A DNA stretch of 64,000 bases from Candidatus Moraniibacteriota bacterium (lineage in GTDB: Bacteria > Patescibacteriota > Minisyncoccia > Moranbacterales > UBA2206). Under the pieces are notes generated by a model. That model ran no database searches, was not told the DNA's origin, and saw only the letters and a program-made list of their open reading frames with translations. Location of the stretch: the NCBI GenBank assembly GCA_030679995.1, contig JAUXSK010000006.1, forward strand, positions 10,328-74,327, in the 5' to 3' direction. Within the stretch, counting starts at the first letter, position 1, and every line of letters begins with the position of its first letter. Positions 55,531 to 64,000 of the stretch are shown here, in pieces. A program made the translations under genes and the position numbers.

Positions 55531-56979
55531 TTATGTTTCGTATGTTTCCAGGGCTTTTTTGAAAATATCCAAAATTTCCTTGAACTCTTCTTCCGTTTCG
55601 CTGCCGGCGGCTATCCGGATCCTTTCCGGCCAATATTCCCCCAGGCTCAAAACCCAAGTCTTCGGATGTCCGAAACTTCCTCCCAGACCTATCTTGTCAC
55701 CAGCGATCTCTTTCAATGTTTTTACGAATTGGGGGGCATCGGCTATCTTGATATTGAAGAGCGTGACAAGGCCTTCCGGCGCGATTTCTTTGGCTAATTC
55801 GCTCTGGGCATGCTCAGGCAGGTTTGGATGTTCGACCTCGCCCACTTTCCCGCTTCCGCTCAGCATTTTCGCCAACTCAAGGGCGTTTTCAGCATGGCGT
55901 TTCATAATTTCCGGCATAATTCCCATCAAGTCCTTGGGTATCTCTTTTTCCGCGATCGGCTGCAAATAGCTTCCGATCATAGCCCGGAATTTTTTTATTT
56001 CCTTTATTTTCTCCGCGTTATCGGAGTACGCGACGCCCATAGTGATTTTGTCTCGGCCTGCCTGATAGTGCTTTGTCGCGCTTTCCACGACGACCAATTC
56101 GACAGGGCTGCCTTTTACATCTTCCAATGGATTGTACAGGACCGGCGACGGCAAAGTATTGTCGATAATAACGGATAATTTTTCCCTGCTATTTTTTCGG
56201 ACGTATCGCACCGCCTTGGAAATTTCCCTGATCGATTCTTCCCTACCACAACCTGTTTGCCGTTCAAATTCCCGCAAAGCCTTGCGGAAAACGAACGGGT
56301 TTTTGCCCTCTTCGAATTCACTGATTTCTTCGGACAACATTTTCTTTAAATTTCCTAGTTCGGATCCTGCCTTGGAATTAGGGACTTTTTCAGCCGAAGG
56401 GTCTTGCGGACCGCTTGCAGGCGTCACAAGCGGATAATTCTTGATTGAAAAATATTTTTCAATCAATTTTTCCGAAGTGAGATTTTCCCGGTAATCCCGG
56501 TTGGCGCTCTCGGCGATAGACATTAACCGCTTTATGTCGCAAACCTGCATATCCTGGGAATTCGCGACGCTTTCAAGGAAAATCAACCTGGGTTTTTTCG
56601 TTTCTATGACTTCCGCGATTTCCTCCATATTTCCCGGATCCACGGCAATCACCTCGACCCCTCTGTTTTTCATCGTATCCACTATCGCGTTGGATTGTTC
56701 ATACATCTCTTTGGCGCATATGACCACGTCTCCGATTTTCAATCCCTCGGCTTCGATCGCGGTATCGATCGCGGCCATACCGTCATTAAACAAGGCGCAG
56801 TCCGCCGATCCCATCATCTCGGAAAATTCCTTCTCGCGCTCCGCCAGTTTCGAATAGCCATAACGGGCGTAAAAATCGAATTCCTCGCCCTTCGCATACT
56901 TTTCCACTTCGACAGCCTGCTTGTCGAGCGATTTGAAGTCCCTGCTGATAGTCCCCTCGAACACATTTTTTTCCGGCAT
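55531..56979 (-). CDS. Cys/Met-metabolism PLP-dependent enzyme family protein (cystathionine gamma-synthase/beta-lyase/methionine gamma-lyase-like), with insertions
   Basis: 'ALFNDGMAAIDTAI' matches 'aFsSGMAAI'. 'VESATKHYQAG' matches the 'SxTKYlxGH' PLP-Lys motif. 482 aa (about 90 aa longer than typical). Confidence 0.6.
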   Translation of the reverse strand: MPEKNVFEGTISRDFKSLDKQAVEVEKYAKGEEFDFYARYGYSKLAEREKEFSEMMGSADCALFNDGMAAIDTAIEAEGLKIGDVVICAKEMYEQSNAIVDTMKNRGVEVIAVDPGNMEEIAEVIETKKPRLIFLESVANSQDMQVCDIKRLMSIAESANRDYRENLTSEKLIEKYFSIKNYPLVTPASGPQDPSAEKVPNSKAGSELGNLKKMLSEEISEFEEGKNPFVFRKALREFERQTGCGREESIREISKAVRYVRKNSREKLSVIIDNTLPSPVLYNPLEDVKGSPVELVVVESATKHYQAGRDKITMGVAYSDNAEKIKEIKKFRAMIGSYLQPIAEKEIPKDLMGIMPEIMKRHAENALELAKMLSGSGKVGEVEHPNLPEHAQSELAKEIAPEGLVTLFNIKIADAPQFVKTLKEIAGDKIGLGGSFGHPKTWVLSLGEYWPERIRIAAGSETEEEFKEILDIFKKALETYET

Positions 56980-57088
56980 AGTTTTTATTTATTCCCCATT
57001 ATTACTAAAAATTATCCAAGCGCTGACGATGATAAAAACAAATATCGCGGCAATGATCAATATCATATTCATATTTATATTTCCAATT

Positions 57089-57493
57089 TTATTTCTCGGA
57101 CTTTTCCTTTTTGATTATCCTCCAATGCACCAGCAAAATCGGCAAGGCTATGACGATCATAGTCAAGGCATCCACCACGTTCGATTGGCGTTGCGCGCTA
57201 TAACATTCTTCGCCGGTATTGGCGGCTTTCCATTGGTCGTAGTCGCGTAGGAGATTTTCCAGTTGGATTTTTTGATCCGCCGTAGCTACTCCGGCAAAGC
57301 TGTTTTTGTCCAAGGCATAAACCGGCGGCTGTTGGTTGCATTGGTTATATCCGCCTTTCTCCGCTTTCGGGAAAAGATAATATTTCAACCCGGTATTCAA
57401 CAGCGTCCCGGTGCCGATGCCGGTGAAAATCAGGCTCACCGCCACGGCCAGATACAAATAAATGGTGCGGATCAACTTCACTTTGTCGGTCAT
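57089..57493 (-). CDS. hypothetical membrane protein (134 aa, two TM)
   Basis: N- and C-terminal hydrophobic helices flank a periplasmic-type hydrophilic segment. No motif. Confidence 0.35.
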   Translation of the reverse strand: MTDKVKLIRTIYLYLAVAVSLIFTGIGTGTLLNTGLKYYLFPKAEKGGYNQCNQQPPVYALDKNSFAGVATADQKIQLENLLRDYDQWKAANTGEECYSAQRQSNVVDALTMIVIALPILLVHWRIIKKEKSEK

Positions 57494-57511
57494 ATTTTTG
57501 TTATTAAAAAA

Positions 57512-58222
57512 TTATTTATTGAACAAAACTTTGACTGGAAAGATTATGACCGCCCGGAAAATCCTTTTCGCCCGATATTTCGGCTCCTGCAAAAAACGCC
57601 ATAGCCACTCGAAACCCGCTTTTCTAATACACTCCGGCGCCCTTTTTATTTTACCGGTCAAGAAATCAAAGCTTCCGCCCACGCCCATCGCTAACCGTAT
57701 TTTACTATTTTCTTGGTTTTTTAGCGAGTGGATGAATTTTTCCTGGTAGGGCGCGCCGAAGTTGCAGAAAACTATCTCGTAACCCGTAATCCGTGATCCG
57801 TGATCCGGATCATTGATGTCTGCTACCGCCCCGTCAACCTGTAAGCTTGGATGTTTTTTTAAAATCGCGCTTTTCATTTCTTCCCAGCTGCTTAGGGCGC
57901 CCCCGTAACTCGCCAAAAATACCGATAACTTTTCCCTATCAGCAAGTCCCAGGATTTCCGACATCAAATCGATCCCCGTCATCCGGCTTTTCAAATATTT
58001 GTCGAAACGCAAGAATGCGAACCGGATGCCGACACCGTCAGCGACATTTAAATCGCACCCGTTCAAAATATTTTTAAACTCCCTGTCTTCCTGCGCCTGC
58101 AGGATGAACTCCGGATTGACGGTGGCCACTTGGTGGAATTTTTCTTCTTGTAAAAAAAATTTTATTTTATCCGAAATTTCCCTCCGGTCGAGATTGTCGA
58201 TTTTAATTCCTAATATATCCAT
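57512..58222 (-). CDS. WecB/TagA/CpsF-family glycosyltransferase (GT26; N-acetylmannosaminyl/glucosyltransferase type)
   Basis: 'VATVNPEF', 'GVGIRF', 'FCNFGAPYQEKF' and 'LAMGVGGSFDFLTGKIKRAPECIRKAGFEWLWRFLQEPKYRAKR' are the classic GT26 signature motifs. Confidence 0.85.
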   Translation of the reverse strand: MDILGIKIDNLDRREISDKIKFFLQEEKFHQVATVNPEFILQAQEDREFKNILNGCDLNVADGVGIRFAFLRFDKYLKSRMTGIDLMSEILGLADREKLSVFLASYGGALSSWEEMKSAILKKHPSLQVDGAVADINDPDHGSRITGYEIVFCNFGAPYQEKFIHSLKNQENSKIRLAMGVGGSFDFLTGKIKRAPECIRKAGFEWLWRFLQEPKYRAKRIFRAVIIFPVKVLFNK

Positions 58223-58232
58223 GGCACGGATA

Positions 58233-58775
58233 TTAATTTAATTCGCAACTCTCAATGATCGCATATTCCATCCCATCCCCTTCGAAATTGCTCGCCATCA
58301 CGTCCACGCTTTCCGCCGTGACCAGTAATGGGAATTCTTTCCTGATAGACGGCCTTTCCGGTAATTCATCCCATTTGTTTTTGCGAATTTTCCCCAAAGT
58401 GATGTGTGGACGGAATTCTTTTTTGGAACTGGTGAAAATGCCCAGCTCCTTTTCGATTTTTTCAACCAGGTTCTTGAGCGCTTCGCTGGCCTGGCCCGCG
58501 ACCCAAACCATCCGCGGATCTTCCGCTGTCGGTCCCAATCCGATCGAGTCGAATTCGATATCGAAAATCTCGCTATTTTCGGTTACCCTGGCGACTTTCT
58601 CGCACACCGCATAGGTCGAATCATCGTCCACAAAACCCAAAAAAAGCAAGGTTATGTGCAGATTCTCCTCTTTGCTCCACTTCACCGGCAACTCCTGCCA
58701 GCTTTCCGTGGCTTTGACAAGGCGTTTTTTCGTCCGGCTGGGCAGGTTTATGCTGATGAAAATTTTTCTCTTCAT
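58233..58775 (-). CDS. thpR: RNA 2',3'-cyclic phosphodiesterase (2H phosphoesterase, LigT/ThpR)
   Basis: Two H-x-T-x motifs: 'LHITLLFLG' and 'PHITLGK'. 180 aa. Confidence 0.8.
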   Translation of the reverse strand: MKRKIFISINLPSRTKKRLVKATESWQELPVKWSKEENLHITLLFLGFVDDDSTYAVCEKVARVTENSEIFDIEFDSIGLGPTAEDPRMVWVAGQASEALKNLVEKIEKELGIFTSSKKEFRPHITLGKIRKNKWDELPERPSIRKEFPLLVTAESVDVMASNFEGDGMEYAIIESCELN

Positions 58776-58910
58776 TCTTGGATTCTAGCCTATTTGAAGC
58801 CTAGAAGCAAGTTCAGTCTGGAGATTTCTATCTGAAAAGGTTAATAAGAGCTATTCTCGTATATAAAATACTCCGTACTACCATCTCAGTTAAATTTTTA
58901 AAAATATCGC

Positions 58911-59369
58911 TTAATGTTTGTCAGGATTGTATATCTTTACAAACTCCGCGACATTCGGAAAAAGTTTTTCTTGCAAGGCTTCTTCTTTAGTAAAAAATCT
59001 CAGCTCCACACATTCGTCAGATGGTTTGAAATCCAAATTTTTTACTTTAGCTTCGTAAATAACATTAGCAGTCCACCACTGGCCGCTTCTGACCGGAGCC
59101 GTCAAAAAATATGCCGGCTGTTCTTTGACAGAAACCACCTCAAGCCCCATTTCCTCTCTTATTTCCCGCGCCAGGCATTCCAACGGCTTTTCACCGAAAT
59201 CCAATCCCCCGCCGGGAAGTTCCCACAATCCCTTGTCTTCAAGCACGAGCAAAAATCTCTTTTCATCATCAAGAATCAAAGCCTTGGCGCTTATCCGATA
59301 AAAGCAATCCGGAATTTTTGTAATTTCATTTTGCATAACATTATTGTTTATTTTTCTTACACCAACCAA
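58911..59369 (-). CDS. NUDIX hydrolase
   Basis: Nudix box 'GGGLDFGEKPLECLAREIREEMGLEV'. Confidence 0.85.
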   Translation of the reverse strand: MVGVRKINNNVMQNEITKIPDCFYRISAKALILDDEKRFLLVLEDKGLWELPGGGLDFGEKPLECLAREIREEMGLEVVSVKEQPAYFLTAPVRSGQWWTANVIYEAKVKNLDFKPSDECVELRFFTKEEALQEKLFPNVAEFVKIYNPDKH

Positions 59370-59706
59370 TTATAAACAGAATGCCTATCAAAAAAGCTAT
59401 TCCCGAAATTTGCATGGCCCAAACTACCAAATACCACTCGAACGGATTTCCCATCAACAACGCGATGTAGAGCAATCCAGCCAGAATAAACGCCACGCCT
59501 CCGACAATTTCATATTTCCAGGAAATTATGAGCACGCCCAGCAAAACAAGCATCGGGATATTATGCATGAAAAACGCCAAGACGGTTTGCCAAAAACTAA
59601 GCCCGTTGCCAAAAACATCCAAAGACATCAATGCCAAGAAGCAAATAAATATGATTGATAGGATTCTGGGTGTCCAATACAAGCCCTTGCTGAGGGTACT
59701 TTTCAT
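59341..59706 (-). CDS. hypothetical integral membrane protein (121 aa, four TM)
   Basis: Four hydrophobic helices. Overlaps the Nudix gene start by ~29 nt. Confidence 0.35.
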   Translation of the reverse strand: MKSTLSKGLYWTPRILSIIFICFLALMSLDVFGNGLSFWQTVLAFFMHNIPMLVLLGVLIISWKYEIVGGVAFILAGLLYIALLMGNPFEWYLVVWAMQISGIAFLIGILFIIGWCKKNKQ

Positions 59707-59707
59707 A

Positions 59708-60937
59708 TTATAAAATTTTAATTATTCCATTATCCGCGTCTACTTCAACATATTCACCCGTCTTTAATATTTTCGTAGCATCTTTGACTCCAATAATACA
59801 AGGTATTTTAAATTCTCTGGAAACAATAGCGGCATGAGAGGTGATACCACCTGTTTCGGTTATGATTGCACTGGCCTTCCGCATAGCAGGTAAATATTCT
59901 ACTCCCGTATAAGGAACGATCAATATATCTCCACTTGCTATCATTTCTATGGCGCCAGCACTGTCTTGTGCAACTATTGCTCGTCCACTTGCCTTGCCTA
60001 ATGATGCGGTTTGTCCTCTTAATTCTTTAGTTTTTATTGCTGTTCCAATTTCTTTAAAATTACCTTTTTCTAAAAAATGTTTTGCTTCCGAACCTGAAAA
60101 AATATTTAATTTGTTATCTGGATAAAATAGTACTGTTAGAACATGCCTCTCGTCGATGATTTTTTTAATTTCTATTTTTTTATTAAGAGCTTCTTTGATT
60201 TCATTGATTTGCAAATATTCAATATCGTCAACTTCGCACCGCAGTCGATTTGCCAGTGACGCAAATAGATTTAGCAATTTTCGTTTTCGAGAGTCTAGCA
60301 GTTCCGAAACATCATCTTTTATGAAAGTTCCAACGCGCAGGATAGTGCTGAAATTTTTGTCCCGATCTGATAATTTTATTTTATCCTGCAAATCTGGCGA
60401 AGATATTTTTGCAAAACGACTTTCATGGATTGGCTGGGTGTAAAAAATAAAATTAGCGTTTATCTCACCAATATCATTGGAATACTTATGCAAATTAGTC
60501 AGAAAATCAGATCCTATTAAAGAACTAAATAGGTGCAGCAAGTTGCTCATAGCATCTAAAGTTGCTGCTTGTTTACGAACTACTTCCAAATCATCTATTA
60601 TCTCGGCATCGCTTATTTTTTTATATTCCTTCCGTTCCAGCGCAGATAGAGTGTCTCTTAGCTTAATTGAAGAACTTTCATATTGGGCCAGAATTTGATT
60701 TATCCATTTATCATTAGCAATCTTTTTTAATAAATTTTGCTTGAGTATTTCTAAATCATCTATTTTGCCGAATTTTTGTTGCCAGCCATTTTTTATGATG
60801 GACAAAATCCTATATCTGGAACCGCAAAGCTCTTCAAAATTTTGAAAAAACAACTCGTCAGCATAATTAAGCGCCGTCAGCGGCGGAAGCTGGTTGCTAA
60901 AAAGTAATTCGTATTTGCTATTTTGAAATGAAATCAT
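59708..60937 (-). CDS. PEP-utilizing phosphohistidine-domain protein, paralog 5 (unlinked copy)
   Basis: C-terminus 'GQTASLGKASGRAIVAQ...[49 protein letters not shown]'. Divergent N-terminal ~300 aa. Confidence 0.7.
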   Translation of the reverse strand: MISFQNSKYELLFSNQLPPLTALNYADELFFQNFEELCGSRYRILSIIKNGWQQKFGKIDDLEILKQNLLKKIANDKWINQILAQYESSSIKLRDTLSALERKEYKKISDAEIIDDLEVVRKQAATLDAMSNLLHLFSSLIGSDFLTNLHKYSNDIGEINANFIFYTQPIHESRFAKISSPDLQDKIKLSDRDKNFSTILRVGTFIKDDVSELLDSRKRKLLNLFASLANRLRCEVDDIEYLQINEIKEALNKKIEIKKIIDERHVLTVLFYPDNKLNIFSGSEAKHFLEKGNFKEIGTAIKTKELRGQTASLGKASGRAIVAQDSAGAIEMIASGDILIVPYTGVEYLPAMRKASAIITETGGITSHAAIVSREFKIPCIIGVKDATKILKTGEYVEVDADNGIIKIL

Positions 60938-60957
60938 AGCTTTTTTAATTCCAATCT

Positions 60958-61224
60958 TTATCTATGATATTTTTCCACCCACCACTTTTTCACCACCGGC
61001 AACGACAGTGTTGAAAGGATATAGCCGGCCACTGGCACGACGGCCTTGAGGTATGGGATGGTTTCATGGATGAGCATCATCCAAGAAAGCGCGACCACAT
61101 AGGTCACCGCCACGATAAAAATCCGGCGCGTCCAGCTGGTTTCCCAGGCTTTGTCCGACTCGACGCGTTCGTTTCTTTCTTTGATTATTTCGATTTCTTT
61201 TTCGATGTCCATACTATGGTTCAA
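60958..61224 (-). CDS. hypothetical small membrane protein (88 aa)
   Basis: Charged N-terminal helix followed by two TM segments. Confidence 0.35.
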   Translation of the reverse strand: MNHSMDIEKEIEIIKERNERVESDKAWETSWTRRIFIVAVTYVVALSWMMLIHETIPYLKAVVPVAGYILSTLSLPVVKKWWVEKYHR

Positions 61225-61344
61225 AAATACTTATTTATATCCCTATTCTATCCCATTCCCACCCAAAATTCAACGGTCAAATCACCGATTTAGCCGTTGA
61301 AGCGGCGATTGGCGGACAGTTCGCAAACTTGATAGAATAAGACT

Positions 61345-63360
61345 ATGGAAAAGCCTGTCAAAATCATCATTGATATCGTGCCGATCGCCCGGATTCCGCT
61401 GTCGCGGAACCAGTCTTTTTCGTATTTGTCGGACGCTGAAATCCCGACCGGTTCCTTGGTTTCCGTGCCGCTTTTCCGCCGGGTGACGGAAGGTATCGTG
61501 ACCGGCTATCGTCCGGATTTTGAACGGTTAGGCAACATTGAATTGAAAAAAGTCTCCGAAATCTTGGAAGAAAATTTCTTGGATGGAAAACAGATCGAGC
61601 TAGCGCAATTTATAAGCGACTATTACTTCTCTCCTCTAGGCATAGTCCTTAAATCTTTCATTCCGAAAAGAGTCAAGGCGCGGATCAAAAGGTCCGGCCT
61701 TAAAACCATTATGGCAATCTCCAAGGCCGGATCTTTGAGCGGTGCTCAGAAAATCATCCTTACTCCGGAACAAAAAAACGCTATCAAAAAAATAACTTCC
61801 GCTAATTTAAAATTCTTACTATATGGTCCGGCCGGCTCCGGAAAAACCGAAGTCTATATCGAATCGATCAAAAAACTTCCTAAAAACGGACAGGCCTTGA
61901 TCCTGTTACCGGAGCTCACGCTCACGCCGCAAGCTATCGAAAGATATGGCGAGCATTTCGGGGCTGACAACATCGCCGTGTTGACCAGTAAGATTTCCAA
62001 AGGCGAATATTATCGCCAATGGCAAAAAATCAAATCCGGCGAAACCAAGATAATCATCGGCACGCGTATGGCCGTTTTCGCGCCTTTCAAAAAACTCGGC
62101 TTGATCGTGGTCGATGAAGAACAAGATATGTCATACAAACAATGGGATATGAATCCGCGTTATGATGCGCGTACGGTAGCGGGAAAACTGGCAGAACTAC
62201 ACAAGAGTAAAATAATTTTCGGTTCCGCCACGCCCAGCGTCGAAACCTACCAGCAAACTCTCGGGCAAGAATTTGCGCTGGTCGAAATCCCCCACCTGAA
62301 AATTCCCGGCGCGCCGGAAAAGGATTATGACGGACCAGAGATCCTGATCGTGGATTTGAAAAAAGAGAAATGGGAAAAGAACCATTCCCCTATTTCGCGG
62401 AAACTACGCTCCGAAATCGCCTATGCTTTAAAAAATAAATTGCAGGTCATTTTATTCATCAACCGCCAAGGTATGAGCAGTTTTTCCATTTGCGCCGGTT
62501 GTAAGACGGTTTTGAAATGCCCTAGATGCGAAAAAGCCTTGATCTATGACAACAGCGGCGCCTACAAATGCACCAGTTGCACATACCGGACATCCATCAC
62601 CCCGGAATGCTCCAAATGCCGCGGCATCGCCTTCCAAAACATCGGTTTGGGTACGCAAAAAATCGAACGAGAAATTTCTGGGATGTTCGCCAGCGCACGA
62701 ATAGCCCGTATGGATAACCAAACGATGAAGGTTCCCAGCGCCCAAGAAAAAATTTACTACGATTTCGCGGAAGGCAAGATCGACATCCTAATCGGCACCC
62801 AGATGCTGACCAAAGGCTGGGACTTGCCGAATGTGGCTTTGATTGGTATAATTGACGCGGATAATATGTTGGCAATTCCCGATTTTTCCGTGAATTCCCG
62901 GGCTTTCCAGAACATCGTCCAGGTGGCCGGACGATCCAATCGGCCGCATGCCAGATTCCGCGGAATGGTCATCATCCAAACATTCAATCCCCTCCAGGAA
63001 CTTTTCCGTTTCGCGGCTGAGCGCGATTTCAAGCGATTTTTTGAAAAGGAAATCAAAGAAAGGGGTGATTTATCTCTGCCGCCGTTCGGCAAACTGATCA
63101 AATTGGTTTTCCAAGATTACGACAAAAAGAAGGTTTTCCGAGAGGCTGATCGGGTATACGGAATCTTAGCGGAAATCGATGACATGGCCGTTTCCATTTC
63201 CGAACCGCAAGATTCTTTCGTTGCCAATGTGCGCGGCCGCTACAGAAAACAGATTATCATCAAATTAAAAAATAAGACCGTCACCGAAAGAATCAGAGCT
63301 ATATTATCAAATTTACCTGCTGGCTGGATCATTGATGTCGATCCGATCAGCATAATATAA
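61345..63360 (+). CDS. priA: primosomal protein N' (replication restart helicase PriA)
   Basis: Walker A 'LLYGPAGSGKTEVY', 'VVDEEQD' DEAH-type box, and Cys-rich zinc-binding insert 'CAGCKTVLKCPRCEKAL...CTSCTY...CSKCRG'. Confidence 0.9.
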   Translation: MEKPVKIIIDIVPIARIPLSRNQSFSYLSDAEIPTGSLVSVPLFRRVTEGIVTGYRPDFERLGNIELKKVSEILEENFLDGKQIELAQFISDYYFSPLGIVLKSFIPKRVKARIKRSGLKTIMAISKAGSLSGAQKIILTPEQKNAIKKITSANLKFLLYGPAGSGKTEVYIESIKKLPKNGQALILLPELTLTPQAIERYGEHFGADNIAVLTSKISKGEYYRQWQKIKSGETKIIIGTRMAVFAPFKKLGLIVVDEEQDMSYKQWDMNPRYDARTVAGKLAELHKSKIIFGSATPSVETYQQTLGQEFALVEIPHLKIPGAPEKDYDGPEILIVDLKKEKWEKNHSPISRKLRSEIAYALKNKLQVILFINRQGMSSFSICAGCKTVLKCPRCEKALIYDNSGAYKCTSCTYRTSITPECSKCRGIAFQNIGLGTQKIEREISGMFASARIARMDNQTMKVPSAQEKIYYDFAEGKIDILIGTQMLTKGWDLPNVALIGIIDADNMLAIPDFSVNSRAFQNIVQVAGRSNRPHARFRGMVIIQTFNPLQELFRFAAERDFKRFFEKEIKERGDLSLPPFGKLIKLVFQDYDKKKVFREADRVYGILAEIDDMAVSISEPQDSFVANVRGRYRKQIIIKLKNKTVTERIRAILSNLPAGWIIDVDPISII

Positions 63361-63364
63361 AACT

Positions 63365-63841
63365 ATGCCTGAATTGAAAATAGTCAAATATCCGGACCCC
63401 ATCCTCTTAAAAAAAACCGAGCCAGTTAAAGATGCGAAAAAAACCTCCATCCAGAAACTCCTCGCCGATATGCTGGAAACTATGGAAAAAAACAACGGTG
63501 TCGGACTGGCCGCTCCGCAAGTCGGAAAATCCATACGCTTGTGCGTCATCCGCATCGATGATAAAATCTACAACCTGATAAATCCGCGCATCACCTTCAA
63601 ATCATATTTGAAAGAAGTTTGCGAAGAAGGCTGTCTTTCCTTCCCTGGCAAATTCATTCCAGTCAAACGGCACAAGAAAGTCCGCGTCAAAGCGCTCGAT
63701 GAAAACGGCGAAGAAGTGGCTATCAAAGCCGATGGTCTTCTATCACGCGCATTACAACATGAAATCGACCATTTGGACGGGAAATTATATATCGAGAAGG
63801 AAGTCAAGCTTCGAAAAAAATCCAAGCCGGTTAAAAAATAA
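63365..63841 (+). CDS. def: peptide deformylase
   Basis: '[10 protein letters not shown]', 'EGCLSFPG' and 'HEIDHLDG' are the three Def motifs. Confidence 0.9.
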   Translation: MPELKIVKYPDPILLKKTEPVKDAKKTSIQKLLADMLETMEKNNGVGLAAPQVGKSIRLCVIRIDDKIYNLINPRITFKSYLKEVCEEGCLSFPGKFIPVKRHKKVRVKALDENGEEVAIKADGLLSRALQHEIDHLDGKLYIEKEVKLRKKSKPVKK

Positions 63842-63848
63842 TCCTTTT

Positions 63849-64000
63849 ATGTCAGAAAACAAAAAAAATCTACGCGTGGTTTTTATGGGCACTCCGGAAT
63901 TTTCCGCGACTATCCTGGCTTCCATCCGCGCTAACGGTTACAATGTCATCGGAGTTTTCACTCAACCGGACAAAAAAGTCGGCCGCAAACAAATTTTGGA
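63849..64000 (+). CDS. fmt: methionyl-tRNA formyltransferase, N-terminal fragment (3' end beyond window)
   Basis: '[16 protein letters not shown]' is the canonical Fmt N-terminus, in the conserved def-fmt arrangement. ATG at 63849. Confidence 0.8.
   Translation, partial: MSENKKNLRVVFMGTPEFSATILASIRANGYNVIGVFTQPDKKVGRKQIL

Noticed and set aside
57775-57805. Short direct repeat ATCCGTG ATCCGTG ATCCGGA inside wecG/tagA
   Set aside because: Only two and a half units inside a well-conserved coding region. Most likely chance.
140-64000. Numerous 60-170 aa ORFs in the six-frame track lying antisense to or out of frame within the large CDSs (e.g. 1458..1946-, 2567..3034-, 7374..7697+, 12027..12554+, 26742..27209-, 36925..37656-, 48086..48724+)
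   Set aside because: They are fully embedded in better-supported genes on the other strand or frame, have skewed Arg/Ser/Pro-rich composition typical of shadow ORFs, and have no start-site signals. Not called.
1-64000. Search for CRISPR arrays, tRNA/rRNA genes, transposases or integrases
   Set aside because: No regularly spaced direct repeats. No intergenic segment with recognisable tRNA cloverleaf or T-loop (GTTCRANYC) context. No DDE/tyrosine-recombinase motifs in any ORF. None reported.

Overview
This 64 kb window looks like part of a small, gene-dense bacterial genome. It is probably from a Patescibacteria/CPR-like organism, but that is inferred only from gene content and style: ribosomal proteins with tail extensions, few Shine-Dalgarno sites, split PEP-synthase-like genes, and many glycosyltransferases. 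All functional calls come from motifs read directly from the translated ORFs; no database search was possible.

The window falls into six blocks.

1. 1-24851: a large cell-surface glycan locus.
 - Three tandem GT-C (ArnT/PMT-like) membrane glycosyltransferase paralogs sit at the left end; a fourth large polytopic membrane protein may also be GT-C.
 - A MOP/Wzx-type flippase and four GT4 glycosyltransferases.
 - A GT2 polyprenyl-phosphate sugar transferase, a nucleotide-sugar dehydrogenase, an O-antigen-ligase/polymerase-like protein, and an LCP-family ligase.
 - The block is interrupted by a thymidylate-kinase-like gene and RtcB, and by a markedly AT-richer islet (~13.2-16.3 kb). The islet carries a nucleoside-2-deoxyribosyltransferase-like protein, an APH/choline-kinase-family phosphotransferase, a stand-alone receiver domain and an ANT(2'')-like nucleotidyltransferase.

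2. 24959-36402 on the + strand, the most unusual block: a densely packed cluster that looks like a split rifampin-phosphotransferase / PEP-synthase-like system.
 - One stand-alone PPDK_N/PpsA ATP-grasp nucleotide-binding protein.
 - One LCM/TcmP-like methyltransferase-like protein.
 - Four paralogous proteins, each a divergent ~350-aa N-terminal domain followed by a C-terminal PEP-utilizing phosphohistidine swivel domain (GG[IVL]T/S-C/S-HAAI[VI]SRE). A fifth paralog sits at 59708-60937.
 - Interleaved histidine-phosphatase-like and HAD phosphatase genes.

3. 36447-49787, core genes: rplI, pyrG, rpmA, pyrH-like, a RecB/Cas4-like PD-(D/E)xK nuclease, iscR-iscS-iscU, two M23 peptidases, gltX, ribH and ribE.

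4. 49799-50140: a riboflavin-kinase domain gene.

5. 50171-56979 on the - strand: six tightly packed tandem paralogs of the same ~285-aa LCM/TcmP-like methyltransferase-like family, headed by a Cys/Met-metabolism PLP-dependent enzyme.

6. 57089-64000: wecG/tagA-type GT26, ThpR 2H-phosphoesterase, a Nudix hydrolase, the fifth PEP-utilizing-domain paralog, priA, def and the start of fmt.

Other notes:
 - No CRISPR array, rRNA, tRNA or obvious transposase/integrase was seen.
 - Many ORFs in the six-frame track are antisense or out-of-frame shadows of these genes and were not called.
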